A stretch of DNA of 56,177 nt from Kofleriaceae bacterium (lineage in GTDB: Bacteria; Myxococcota_A; Polyangia; Haliangiales; Haliangiaceae), in NCBI GenBank assembly GCA_035546475.1, contig DASZXE010000335.1, forward strand, positions 1 to 56,177, written 5' to 3'. The position numbers and the translations under genes were made by a program. Shown here piece by piece: positions 32,798-50,248 of the stretch (its first letter is position 1; the number at the start of each line of letters is the position of its first letter). The notes under the pieces were generated by a model. The model was given only the letters and a program-made list of their open reading frames with translations, was not told the DNA's origin and ran no database searches.

Positions 32798-33196
32798 TCA
32801 GTGCTTCCACTTCTCGGCGCCGGTGGCCCGGTGCTCGGCCTCGTACTCGTGGGCCATGAGGAAGTGGTAGGCCACCTCGCGCGCGTTCTCGCCCTCGACG
32901 ACGCACTCGAACAGCCACTCGCCCTCCTGCTCGCCCGGCTCGGTCTGCACGTACGCGATCTCCGCCGGGTAGACCACCAGCTCGCCGACGAGCTCCTTGC
33001 CGCGCGCGACCTGAACGACGTACGTGCGCTCGTCCTCCATCGTCAGCGTCCAGTGGAACTCCTCGTGATCGAACAGCGCGGCCTCGGGCGTCCCGGCGCG
33101 CACGATGCAGTTGACGTGACCCGCCAGCCACGACCAGAACTTGTCGAAGGTCAGCGTGGTGGCGACGGCGGTGAGCCGCTTGCTCGACGAGGCCAT
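32798..33196 (-). CDS. Hypothetical acidic 132-aa protein immediately downstream of rpoC
   Basis: ORF with coding-like composition (MASSSKRLTAVATTLTFDKFWSWLAGHVNCIV...). No recognisable motif. Confidence 0.55.
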   Translation of the reverse strand: MASSSKRLTAVATTLTFDKFWSWLAGHVNCIVRAGTPEAALFDHEEFHWTLTMEDERTYVVQVARGKELVGELVVYPAEIAYVQTEPGEQEGEWLFECVVEGENAREVAYHFLMAHEYEAEHRATGAEKWKH

Positions 33197-33276
33197 GGGC
33201 GCACCCTAACGCCGGGGCCTGACGCTGTCGAGGGCGGCCGTGGGCGCCGGTGCCCGCCGCGACGCACCGCAGGCGC

Positions 33277-33317
33277 CGAAAACAGGTCGGGCCCGCTCCC
33301 GGCGAGGGAGCAGGCCC
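33277..33317 (-). terminator. Intrinsic terminator candidate after rpoC
   Basis: Minus strand GGGCCTGCTCCC-tcgcc-GGGAGCGGGCCC (11/12 bp) followed by GACCTGTTTTCGG. It begins about 50 nt after the rpoC stop. Confidence 0.55.
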
Positions 33318-33366
33318 GCTTCCGTCCGCGCGGCCCTCGGGCGGCCGCGCCTCGGTCAACCGCCCG

Positions 33367-37573
<4,207 letters not shown>

Positions 37574-37706
37574 TGGTTTCCTCGGGGCTTTCGTACCAGG
37601 AGCCCCCCGGCGGGCCACCTGCCCTTGCAGGCAGGCTGGACGGCGGGGAGCGGACAGTCAGGAGAGAGTCACGACAGGCCGGGGGCGAGGCCGGCAGGGC
37701 CGCGGG

Positions 37707-41909
<4,203 letters not shown>

Positions 41910-41967
41910 GGACGTGGTTGCCCTCGGGTGGTGAACGTTGTCGGAGCCGAGATGCGGCGAGAGAGCC

Positions 41968-42026
41968 GAAAAATAGAAAGACCGCCCGCGGCCGGTTCAC
42001 CTCGTCGCGCGACGCGAGGAGGTGAA
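41968..42026 (-). terminator. Attenuator/terminator-like element in the rplL-rpoB spacer
   Basis: On the minus strand, TTCACCTCCTCG-cgtcgcg-CGACGAGGTGAA (11/12 bp) is followed by a short GC hairpin (ACCGGCCGCGGGCGGT). Directly after that comes TTTCTATTTTT, one of the most T-rich runs I noticed in the window. Confidence 0.4.
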
Positions 42027-42214
42027 ACGGACCGGAGCGAGCGTCACATCTGGACGCAGAATGGGCGCGAGAGTCGCCGAGTCACGAACGAGTTGCACAG
42101 AGACGTCGGACGAGGCCGACGCGTCTGCGCGCTGGCTTGTAGCACACAATCCACGAGCGTGTGCAAGCCCGCCATGCAAGCAAGCGTGCCAACGCGATCC
42201 CTGAACGAACCTCG

Positions 42215-42242
42215 ACCAGGACGGTCCGAAGACCGCCCTGGT
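42215..42242 (-). other. Stable UUCG-loop hairpin just downstream of rplL
   Basis: Minus strand ACCAGGGCGGTC-ttcg-GACCGTCCTGGT (11/12 bp); no T-tract. Confidence 0.3.
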
Positions 42243-42281
42243 TTCGAGGTGTTGTGCAGGATGGGCAGAGCGGGACCAGCG

Positions 42282-42665
42282 TTACTTGATCTCGACCTCG
42301 GCGCCCGCGTCCTTGAGCTTCTTGGCGATGTCCTCGGCCTCGGTCTTCGGGATGGCGGCCTTGACGTCCTTCGGGGCGCCGTCGACCAGGTCCTTGGCGT
42401 CCTTGAGGCCGAGGCCGGTGATCTCGCGGACGACCTTGATGACGTTGATCGCCGTGGCGCCCTTGTTCTTGAGGACGACGGTGAACTCCGTCTTCTCCTC
42501 GGCCTTGGGGGCCTCGGCGGCGGCGGCGGGGCCCGCGGCGCCGGCGACGGCGACCGGGGCCGCCTTGACGCCCCACTTCTCCTCGAGGGCCTTCGTCAGA
42601 CCGACGATGTCCATGACCGAGAGCGAGCTGAGATAGTTGATGACATCTTCCTGAGAGAGCGCCAT
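42282..42665 (-). CDS. rplL: 50S ribosomal protein L7/L12 (bL12)
   Basis: [33 protein letters not shown], an Ala-rich hinge, then [22 protein letters not shown]. Confidence 0.97.
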   Translation of the reverse strand: MALSQEDVINYLSSLSVMDIVGLTKALEEKWGVKAAPVAVAGAAGPAAAAEAPKAEEKTEFTVVLKNKGATAINVIKVVREITGLGLKDAKDLVDGAPKDVKAAIPKTEAEDIAKKLKDAGAEVEIK

Positions 42666-42772
42666 GTTCCTTGCCTCTTCGTGATGGTGTCCGCGCGTGC
42701 GCGGCGTGCCTTGGTTGGTTGCGAGAGCTGCCGCGCGGGCGGCGAGCGAAATGGTGACTACGAGCTAGCGGC

Positions 42773-43303
42773 TCACGAGCCGCCGCCGCTCTCGAGCTGC
42801 CGCTTGCGGGCGTCGAGCGCGTAGACGAAGTTCTGCGGTCCCGCGATGATCGTGCGGACGAAGTCCGTCGGGCCCGCGAGGAACGTCATGAGCAGGCTGG
42901 CCCGGATCTCGTTCTTGCCGGGCATCTTCGAGAGCTGGTCGACGCCGGCGGCGTCGAGCTTCTTGCCGTCGAAGAAGCCGCCCATGATCTTGAACTTGGG
43001 CTCGTCCTTGGCCCACTTGAGGGCGACCTTGGCCGGCGCCTGCGGCGACTCGTTCGACCAGATGACGGCGGTCGTGCCGACCATCAGCTCGGCGAGCGGC
43101 TCCATCGAGGTGCCCTTGACCGCGATCTTCACCAGCGAGTTCTTGAGCACGCGGTAGTGGCAGCCGTTCTTGCGGAAGTCCTCGCGCATGGCGGTGACGA
43201 CCGGCACCCGGATGCCGCGGTAGTCGGCGATGACGATCGAGGCGATGTCGTGGAACGACTCCTTGATCTCGCCGAGGATCTGCTCCTTGCCTGCTCTGTC
43301 CAT
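42773..43303 (-). CDS. rplJ: 50S ribosomal protein L10 (uL10)
   Basis: 176 aa: MDRAGKEQILGEIKESFHDIASIVIADYRGIRVPVVTAMR. Canonical position. Confidence 0.93.
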   Translation of the reverse strand: MDRAGKEQILGEIKESFHDIASIVIADYRGIRVPVVTAMREDFRKNGCHYRVLKNSLVKIAVKGTSMEPLAELMVGTTAVIWSNESPQAPAKVALKWAKDEPKFKIMGGFFDGKKLDAAGVDQLSKMPGKNEIRASLLMTFLAGPTDFVRTIIAGPQNFVYALDARKRQLESGGGS

Positions 43304-43335
43304 GGTCTTCTCTTCCTGGTGGTGCGAACGACGAA

Positions 43336-43372
43336 CCCCTCTGACCGCCGCGAAGGGTGGAGATCAGAGGGG
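43336..43372 (-). promoter_or_regulatory. Hairpin in the rplJ 5' leader (possible L10-leader-type autoregulatory element)
   Basis: CCCCTCTGA-N19-TCAGAGGGG (perfect 9-bp stem) inside the 209-nt rplA-rplJ spacer. Assignment to the L10-leader class is inference only. Confidence 0.3.
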
Positions 43373-43512
43373 CCGATGGCACCCGCGGGGCGGGGCTGCC
43401 GGACCGACTGTGTCTCCGCGGGACGCTTCGTGGTGCCTCTTCCGAGGCGCCAGCCCTGCTTCTTCGACCGTCGGGGTATCGTGGGTGGTCGGGTCGGGTG
43501 CTTGCTCCGCGA

Positions 43513-44223
43513 TCAGTCGTGGATGCCGCCGGCCTGGTAGGCCGAGGTGTCGACCTTCACGCCGGGGCCGTGGGTGGTCGAGATGGTGATCGACTTGACG
43601 TAGCTGCCCTTGGCGCTGGCCGGCTTCAGCTTCATGAGCTGATCGATGAGCGCCGACAGGTTGGCGGCGAGCTGTTCGGGCTTGAACGACGCCTTGCCGA
43701 TCGGCGTCTGGATGATGCCCGCCTTCTCGACGCGGAACTCGACGCGGCCGGCCTTGAGCTCGCGGACCGCCTTCGCCACGTCGGCGGTGACGGTGCCGAC
43801 CTTCGGGTTCGGCATCAGGCCGCGCGGACCGAGGACGCGGCCGATCTTGCCGACCTGCGCCATCATGTCGGGCGTCGCGACCAGGGTGTCGAACTCGAAC
43901 CAGTTCTCGTCCTTGATCTTGTTGATGTACTCGTCGGAGCCGGCGAAGTCGGCGCCCGCCTCGAGCGCCTCCTTGGCCTTGTCGGCCTTGGCGATGACGA
44001 GCACGCGCTTCGTCTTGCCGGTGCCCGACGGCATCACGACCGAGCCGCGGACCATCTGGTCGGCGTACTTCGGGTTGACGCCGAGCCGGATCGCCGCGTC
44101 GACCGTCTCGTCCCACTTCGACGAGATCTTGGTGCGGGGCAGGATCGCGCAGGCCTCGGTGACCGAGTACTTCTTCGTCTTGTCCCAGCCGGTGACGGCC
44201 TTCTTGTACTTCTTGCCAGCCAT
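43513..44223 (-). CDS. rplA: 50S ribosomal protein L1 (uL1)
   Basis: 236 aa: [10 protein letters not shown]...[34 protein letters not shown]. Confidence 0.96.
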   Translation of the reverse strand: MAGKKYKKAVTGWDKTKKYSVTEACAILPRTKISSKWDETVDAAIRLGVNPKYADQMVRGSVVMPSGTGKTKRVLVIAKADKAKEALEAGADFAGSDEYINKIKDENWFEFDTLVATPDMMAQVGKIGRVLGPRGLMPNPKVGTVTADVAKAVRELKAGRVEFRVEKAGIIQTPIGKASFKPEQLAANLSALIDQLMKLKPASAKGSYVKSITISTTHGPGVKVDTSAYQAGGIHD

Positions 44224-44319
44224 GTGAATCTCCGCTTGCCTGGGGTCGAGCCCGAACGTCGTCGGGGCTGCGCGCCGGGGTGGCCGGCTACCAGGCGGGT
44301 AGGCGTGAGGTGGATGCGA

Positions 44320-44742
44320 TCAGTCGACGACTTCGAGGCCCATCGACCGGGCGGTGCCCATGACGGTGCGCATGGCCGCCTCGACGTCGCTGGTGTTGAG
44401 ATCGGGCATCTTGTGCTCGGCGATCTCGCGGACCTGCTTCTTGGTGACCTTGCCGACCTTGGTCTTGTTCGGCTCCTTGGAGCCGCTCTCGATCTTGGCC
44501 GCCTTCTTGAGGAGGATCGAGGCCGGGGGCGTCTTGGTCACGAAGGTGAAGGAGCGGTCGGCGTACGCGGTGATGAGGACCGGGATGATCAGGTCGCCCA
44601 TCTGCGCGGTGCGCGCGTTGAACTCCTTGCAGAACTGCATGATGTTGAGCCCGTGCTGACCGAGCGCGGGGCCGACCGGCGGCGCCGGGTTCGCCTTGCC
44701 GGCGGGGCACTGGAGCTTGATGAGTGCGGTGACCTTCTTCAT
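44320..44742 (-). CDS. rplK: 50S ribosomal protein L11 (uL11)
   Basis: [43 protein letters not shown]; 140 aa. Confidence 0.97.
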   Translation of the reverse strand: MKKVTALIKLQCPAGKANPAPPVGPALGQHGLNIMQFCKEFNARTAQMGDLIIPVLITAYADRSFTFVTKTPPASILLKKAAKIESGSKEPNKTKVGKVTKKQVREIAEHKMPDLNTSDVEAAMRTVMGTARSMGLEVVD

Positions 44743-44820
44743 GACGCTTGCCTTCGTGCGAGCCGGTCCGCCGTCGCGCCGTGTCCCTGTCCCGGGACCG
44801 CGGCGCGCGGAGGGGCCGCT

Positions 44821-45417
44821 TTATGCTTTCTCGACCTTGGTGAAGTCAAGCTCCACCGACGTGGCGCGGCCGAAAATCGAGACCCGGACCTTGACCTTCT
44901 GCTTGTCCGCCTTGACCTCCTCGACCGTGGCCGAGAAGTTGGCGAACGGGCCCTCGACCACGCGCACGTTGTCACCGACCTCGAAGGTGATCTTCGAGCG
45001 GGGCTTGGTCTTGCCCTCGGTGATGTTGGTCTGCAGGCCGGTGATCTCGCGCTCCGGCACCGGCGTCGGCTTGGTGCCGCCGAGGAAGCCGGTGATCTTG
45101 GGCGTGTTCTTGACCAGGTGGAACGTGCGGTCGTCCATGACCATCTGCACGAACATGTAGCCCGGGAAGAACTTGCGGGTCGTCGTGCGGCGCTGGCCCT
45201 TGACCAGCTCCATCACGCTCTCGGTCGGGACGAGCACCTCGCCGAAGAACTCGTTGAGGTTGGCGTTGCGGACGCGCTCGAGCAGCGTCAGCCGCGCCTT
45301 GTTCTCGTGCCCCGAGTAGGTGTGCACGATGTACCACTTGAGCCCCGCCGACGGCGGCGCGCCGCCCCCGTCGCCTGGAGCCGACGCAGTGGTGGTGTCC
45401 TCGGTGGGATCAGCCAT
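44821..45417 (-). CDS. nusG: Transcription termination/antitermination factor NusG
   Basis: [15 protein letters not shown]...FPGYMFVQM and the KOW motif [24 protein letters not shown]; 198 aa. Confidence 0.95.
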   Translation of the reverse strand: MADPTEDTTTASAPGDGGGAPPSAGLKWYIVHTYSGHENKARLTLLERVRNANLNEFFGEVLVPTESVMELVKGQRRTTTRKFFPGYMFVQMVMDDRTFHLVKNTPKITGFLGGTKPTPVPEREITGLQTNITEGKTKPRSKITFEVGDNVRVVEGPFANFSATVEEVKADKQKVKVRVSIFGRATSVELDFTKVEKA

Positions 45418-45793
45418 AGACGAGCTCCGTCAGGTTCGACCAGACGAAGTCGAAGGCACCGAGGATGAGCGCGGAGATGAGCGACATGATGATCACCACG
45501 ATCGCCGCCGCCCGCACCTCCTTGGCCGTCGGCCAGGTCACCTTCTTCAGCTCCGCGGCGACCTCGTTCGCCAGCCCGTGCACCCGGTCGTTGCGATAGA
45601 GGATGATCGCCGTGCCGAGCGCGATCGCCATCGCCGCGGACGTCATCACCAGCTCGCCCGGGGCGCTCCCCAGGAAGTAGGACGAGATCCAGTCGATGGT
45701 CCACTTCGCGAGGAAGAACAGGACCGCCGCACCGATCATGTACATGAGGTGGACGGGCTTGTTGGGGGCGTTCTCTTGGGCCACGGTGGTCAC
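45410..45793 (-). CDS. secE: Preprotein translocase subunit SecE
   Basis: 127 aa with three hydrophobic helices. Conserved C-terminal part: AAELKKVTWPTAKEVRAAAIVVIIMSLISALILGAFD. Overlaps the nusG start by 8 nt. Confidence 0.88.
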   Translation of the reverse strand: MTTVAQENAPNKPVHLMYMIGAAVLFFLAKWTIDWISSYFLGSAPGELVMTSAAMAIALGTAIILYRNDRVHGLANEVAAELKKVTWPTAKEVRAAAIVVIIMSLISALILGAFDFVWSNLTELVYG

Positions 45794-45932
45794 ACGGAGG
45801 AGGGGTGCACGAGGGGTAAGCGCTGCTTCGGGCGGTGTCGACTGTCCGGTCGGGCAGGCCCTGTGGATGGGCGCTGGTGGGTCGTTGGGTGGGTCGTTGG
45901 TGGGTCGGCGAGGCGAGGCAGGCGAGACGTTG

Positions 45933-46004
45933 CAGGGGAGAAGGGATTTGAACCCATAGCCCTCCGCTTTGGAGACGGATGCTCTACCGTTGAGCTACTC
46001 CCCT
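45933..46004 (-). tRNA. tRNA-Trp (anticodon CCA)
   Basis: Minus strand AGGGGAG-TA-GCTC-AACGGTA-GAGC-A-TCCGT-CTCCAAA-GCGGA-GGGCT-ATGGG-TTCAAAT-CCCTT-CTCCCCT-G. Full cloverleaf with one U-U mismatch in the T-stem. CCA is not encoded. Canonical position upstream of secE. Confidence 0.85.
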
Positions 46005-46240
46005 AGGGACTTCGAGAACTCGGTCGCGATCGCTGGGTTGCCTGCCGGGAAGCGTTGGAAAGACGGTGACGTGGAACGGAACGGGTCGGACGAAGGGCGG
46101 ACGAGATCGATGCCGCGCGACGCGGAAGCGGTCGTGTACCTCAAGCTGCCGGGCGGATCAAGCGCCTGGATACAAAACCCATCGTTTCTCGGTCGTTCTT
46201 CCCTTCCCCCCTCGCCCCTTCCGATCCCCTGCCTCGGCCC

Positions 46241-46285
46241 CGCCGACCAGCCGCCGACCAGCCGCCGACCAGCCGCCGACCAGCC
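46241..46285. repeat. 11-bp direct repeat x4 (CCGCCGACCAG)
   Basis: GACCAG recurs at 46245, 46256, 46267 and 46278 (exact 11-bp period). A C-tract block at 46198-46233 lies next to it (G-tracts on the minus strand). Confidence 0.8.
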
Positions 46286-46306
46286 CCTCCGAGCAGGCCC
46301 CGGCCC

Positions 46307-46337
46307 GAAAATGCCGACGCCCGACCGGAGCCGGGCG
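46307..46337 (-). terminator. Intrinsic terminator candidate after tuf
   Basis: Minus strand CGCCCG-gctccggt-CGGGCG followed by TCGGCATTTTCGG. It begins about 30 nt after the tuf stop. Confidence 0.4.
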
Positions 46338-46369
46338 CTGCGCACTTCACCGAGGCCGGTGAACGCTGA

Positions 46370-47566
<1,197 letters not shown>

Positions 47567-47632
47567 GTCTCGGTGCTCCTGGGCCTCCTACAGGGAGGCG
47601 GGGCTACGTGGTGCTAGGCCTTCTTGCGGTCG

Positions 47633-47704
47633 AGCCCTTGGCGAGAATCGAACTCGCGACCCCTTCCTTACCAAGGAAGTGCACTGCCACTGTGCTACAA
47701 GGGC
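47633..47704 (-). tRNA. tRNA-Thr (anticodon GGU)
   Basis: Minus strand GCCCTTG-TA-GCAC-AGTGGCA-GTGC-A-CTTCC-TTGGTAA-GGAAG-GGGTC-GCGAG-TTCGATT-CTCGC-CAAGGGC-T. Confidence 0.9.
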
Positions 47705-47726
47705 TGGTCTTCGTTCAGGGTTTCGA

Positions 47727-47927
<201 letters not shown>

Positions 47928-47992
47928 AGGATGTCGTAACGATGCGTGGGCTCGGGTCTTTCCTCTCGTCGGTCGGTCGGGGCGTGGTGTCG

Positions 47993-48065
47993 AGCTGGCG
48001 GTGGGACTCGAACCCGCGACCTCCTGATTACAAGTCAGGTGCTCTACCGGTTGAGCTACGCCAGC
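47993..48065 (-). tRNA. tRNA-Thr (anticodon UGU)
   Basis: Minus strand GCTGGCG-TA-GCTC-AACCGGTA-GAGC-A-CCTGA-CTTGTAA-TCAGG-AGGTC-GCGGG-TTCGAGT-CCCAC-CGCCAGC-T. First gene of the conserved Thr-Tyr-Gly-Thr-tuf unit. Confidence 0.9.
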
Positions 48066-48117
48066 GTTATTGCAGGAGAAAACAGGTTCGCACCGTCGCG
48101 GGCACGACGGCGGCGCT

Positions 48118-48146
48118 GGTATAGGCGAACACCCCAAGCAAGTCAA
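48118..48146 (-). promoter_or_regulatory. Sigma-70-type promoter candidate for the tRNA-tuf operon
   Basis: Minus strand TTGACT (48146-48141), 17-nt spacer, TATACC (48123-48118). It lies about 50 nt upstream of the first tRNA. An A/T-rich TTGAAAATCG sits just upstream (UP-like). Confidence 0.5.
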
Positions 48147-48205
48147 CGGGGTACGGAGCGATTTTCAAGCGCCGATCCCGCCCCATTCCGGATCCCGCTC
48201 TGAGT

Positions 48206-48275
48206 CCCGCTCCCGCTCCCGCTCCCGATCCCCGGAACCGAGATTTCGGGAAGCGGGAGCGGGAGCGGGAGCGGG
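48206..48275. repeat. 22-bp perfect inverted repeat built from hexamer repeats (CCCGCT)n / (AGCGGG)n; likely a terminator/insulator hairpin
   Basis: Left arm is CCCGCTCCCGCTCCCGCTCCCG (48206-48227), followed by a spacer of about 26 nt. Right arm is CGGGAGCGGGAGCGGGAGCGGG (48254-48275). The spacer itself can pair (CCCCGGAA...TTTCGGG). It lies between the TPR gene stop (48323) and the tRNA promoter. No T-tract. Confidence 0.8.
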
Positions 48276-48322
48276 TCACGGGCAGAAAACGAACCGCGGC
48301 GACGGGCGACGTAACCGGGACG

Positions 48323-49573
48323 TCAGGGAGTCGGCGTGGCGCTCGCGACCGGCGGCACCACCGCCTCGCCCCGGGCCTCGCGCGACAGGATCCCCAGGAT
48401 CTCGCCGGCCTTGAGCGCGGAGGCGCGGCTCCAGGCGTTGTCGACCCCGTACGCCGCGGCCAGCTTCACGTTCATCTGGTGACCCTCGAGCGCGGTCTCC
48501 AGGTGGCGGCGCACGCGGTCGTGGACCTCGGTGACGTAGTACGGCCGCGCCTCGGGGGTCATGCCGGCGGGGAACGGCGCGCGGACGGCGCTCTCCCACA
48601 GCTCCTCGAAGATCTGCGACATCTCGTAGCCGGCGGCGAGCGACCAGTACGGGTCCTTGAGGACGAGCGCGTCCTTCCAGTGATCGTAGGCGCGCGCGGC
48701 GGCGGCCTCGCGGGCGGCGAGGTCGGCCTTGAGCTCGTCGTCGGCGGGGCGCAGCGGCAGCTCCGCGAAGGCGCGGTGCTCGAGCTCACCCAGGTAGAAG
48801 TCCGCCATCGCGATGTAGTACGGGTCGTCGATGCGGACCGCCTTGCGCCAGGTCACGACGGCGGCCTCGAGGCTGGCGCGGGCGGCGTCGCGATCGCCCG
48901 ACTCGAGCTGGACGTAGCCGAGGCGCGCCTGCGCCTGCAGGCGGTCGGCGTAGGTGAGGTCGGTGCGGGCGAGGATCTCGGCGAGCGTGCGGGCGGCGTC
49001 CGGCCACTGCTTGTGCTCGGCCTCGAGGCCGGCGATGCGCAGGTGGCCGTCGAGCGACTCGCGGCCGGTCGGGTAGCGCGCGACGAGGTCGCGGTAGGCG
49101 GCGATCGCGTCGGCGACGTCGCCGAGCTGCTCGTGGATGCGGCCGATGTTGAACATCGCCGACGGTGCCATCGGCGAGCCGGGGAACTCCTCGGCGAGGC
49201 GCGCGAGCACGCCGACCGCGACCTGCGGGCGGCCCGCGTCGATGGCGGCCTGGGCCTGGTCGAGGAGGATCGACGGCGAGACGGCCTCGATGTGCGGCTC
49301 GCCGTCGGGGTCCTTGCCGGTGACGATCAGCTTGATCTCGCCGAGGTCGTAAGGGCCGCCGGCGGCGCCGGTGCCGGGGCGGGCCTCGAGGTCGCCGGGG
49401 TTGCCGGTCGCGGCCGGCGGCTGGTGGGCGCGGGCGGCGAGGTCGTCGGCGCGCGAGGTGGCGGCCGGGCCCGGCGACGGCGCGGTCGGGTGCGCGGCGC
49501 GGCCGGCGCAGGCGGTCAGGAGGATCGCGAGGCCGAGGGGGCCGAGGGTCGCGCGGAGCATCTTCCTCATCAT
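48323..49573 (-). CDS. Tetratricopeptide-repeat lipoprotein
   Basis: Start set at MMRKMLRATLGPLGLAILLTAC (lipobox LTAC). TPR-like helical repeats follow (AIDAGRPQVAVGVLARLAEEFPGSPMAPSAMFNIGRIHEQLGDVADAIAAYRDLVARYP...). The exact Met (49573/49570/49561) is uncertain. Confidence 0.7.
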   Translation of the reverse strand: MMRKMLRATLGPLGLAILLTACAGRAAHPTAPSPGPAATSRADDLAARAHQPPAATGNPGDLEARPGTGAAGGPYDLGEIKLIVTGKDPDGEPHIEAVSPSILLDQAQAAIDAGRPQVAVGVLARLAEEFPGSPMAPSAMFNIGRIHEQLGDVADAIAAYRDLVARYPTGRESLDGHLRIAGLEAEHKQWPDAARTLAEILARTDLTYADRLQAQARLGYVQLESGDRDAARASLEAAVVTWRKAVRIDDPYYIAMADFYLGELEHRAFAELPLRPADDELKADLAAREAAAARAYDHWKDALVLKDPYWSLAAGYEMSQIFEELWESAVRAPFPAGMTPEARPYYVTEVHDRVRRHLETALEGHQMNVKLAAAYGVDNAWSRASALKAGEILGILSREARGEAVVPPVASATPTP

Positions 49574-49650
49574 GACGCACGACGCGGCCTCGCGATGTAA
49601 CGGCGCGCAAGGGGGCGCCGCCATTCAGCTCGCGGGCGCGTGGCGTCGCG

Positions 49651-50061
49651 TCAGGTGCCGTCGCCGAGGGTCTTGACGAGGAGGCGCCGGCTGCGGGGGC
49701 CGTCGAACTCGCAGAAGTAGATCGCCTGCCAGGTGCCGAGCAGCGGCTTGCCGGCCTCCACGATCAGCGTCACCTGCGTGCCGACCAGGCTCGCCTTCAC
49801 GTGGGCGTCGTAGTTGTTGGCGGTGGTGACCTCGCCCGCGTCGTGCGGGGCCGCGCGCGCGAGGTGCTCGTTCAGCGCCGCCTTGACCAGCGGGTCGCTG
49901 TTCTCCTGGACCGTGATGCCGGCGGTGGTGTGCGGGCAGAAGACGCAGCAGAGGCCGCCGTCGATGCCGCTCTTGCGGATCGCGTTGCGCACGAGCGAGG
50001 TGACGTCGATGGTCTCCACCCGGCTCGTGGTCCGGATGTCGAAGGTCTCGGTCGCGGCCAT
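49651..50061 (-). CDS. YjbQ/UPF0047-family protein (secondary thiamine-phosphate synthase family)
   Basis: From ATG 50061: MAATETFDIRTTSRVETIDVTSLV...GGLCCVFCPHTTAGITVQENSDPLV..AL...L, then GTWQAIYFCEFDGPR. These are typical UPF0047 motifs. Confidence 0.8.
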   Translation of the reverse strand: MAATETFDIRTTSRVETIDVTSLVRNAIRKSGIDGGLCCVFCPHTTAGITVQENSDPLVKAALNEHLARAAPHDAGEVTTANNYDAHVKASLVGTQVTLIVEAGKPLLGTWQAIYFCEFDGPRSRRLLVKTLGDGT

Positions 50062-50248
50062 GCGGACGTCGTAACACGCCGGCGCGAGCGTCCGCGCCGC
50101 GCGACGTGCGCGAGGCGATCGGTTCGCGCAACGTTTCACTTGACGGCGCCGCTGTCACACCGCTCTGCTAGATCGAACAACGATCGGATCGATCATGGCG
50201 ATCGGTTCCGGCATCGACGGGTCGCACACGGACGAGGTCGCTCCAGGC

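Noticed and set aside
42175-42192. Sigma-54-like TTGGCACG-N-CTTGCA in the rplL-rpoB spacer (minus strand).
   Set aside because: The GG-to-GC spacing is one nucleotide longer than the strictly conserved -24/-12 geometry. No activator-binding context is evident.
46005-46369. A possible rpmG (L33) or other small gene between tuf and tRNA-Trp.
   Set aside because: Neither minus-strand ORF here (45995..46345, 46141..46416) resembles L33 or looks protein-like. The region is dominated by C/G tracts and an 11-bp repeat.
50140-50174. TTGACG as a -35 element for the Ddl-like gene.
   Set aside because: No acceptable -10 lies at 16-19 nt. The nearest TAGATC is 23 nt away.
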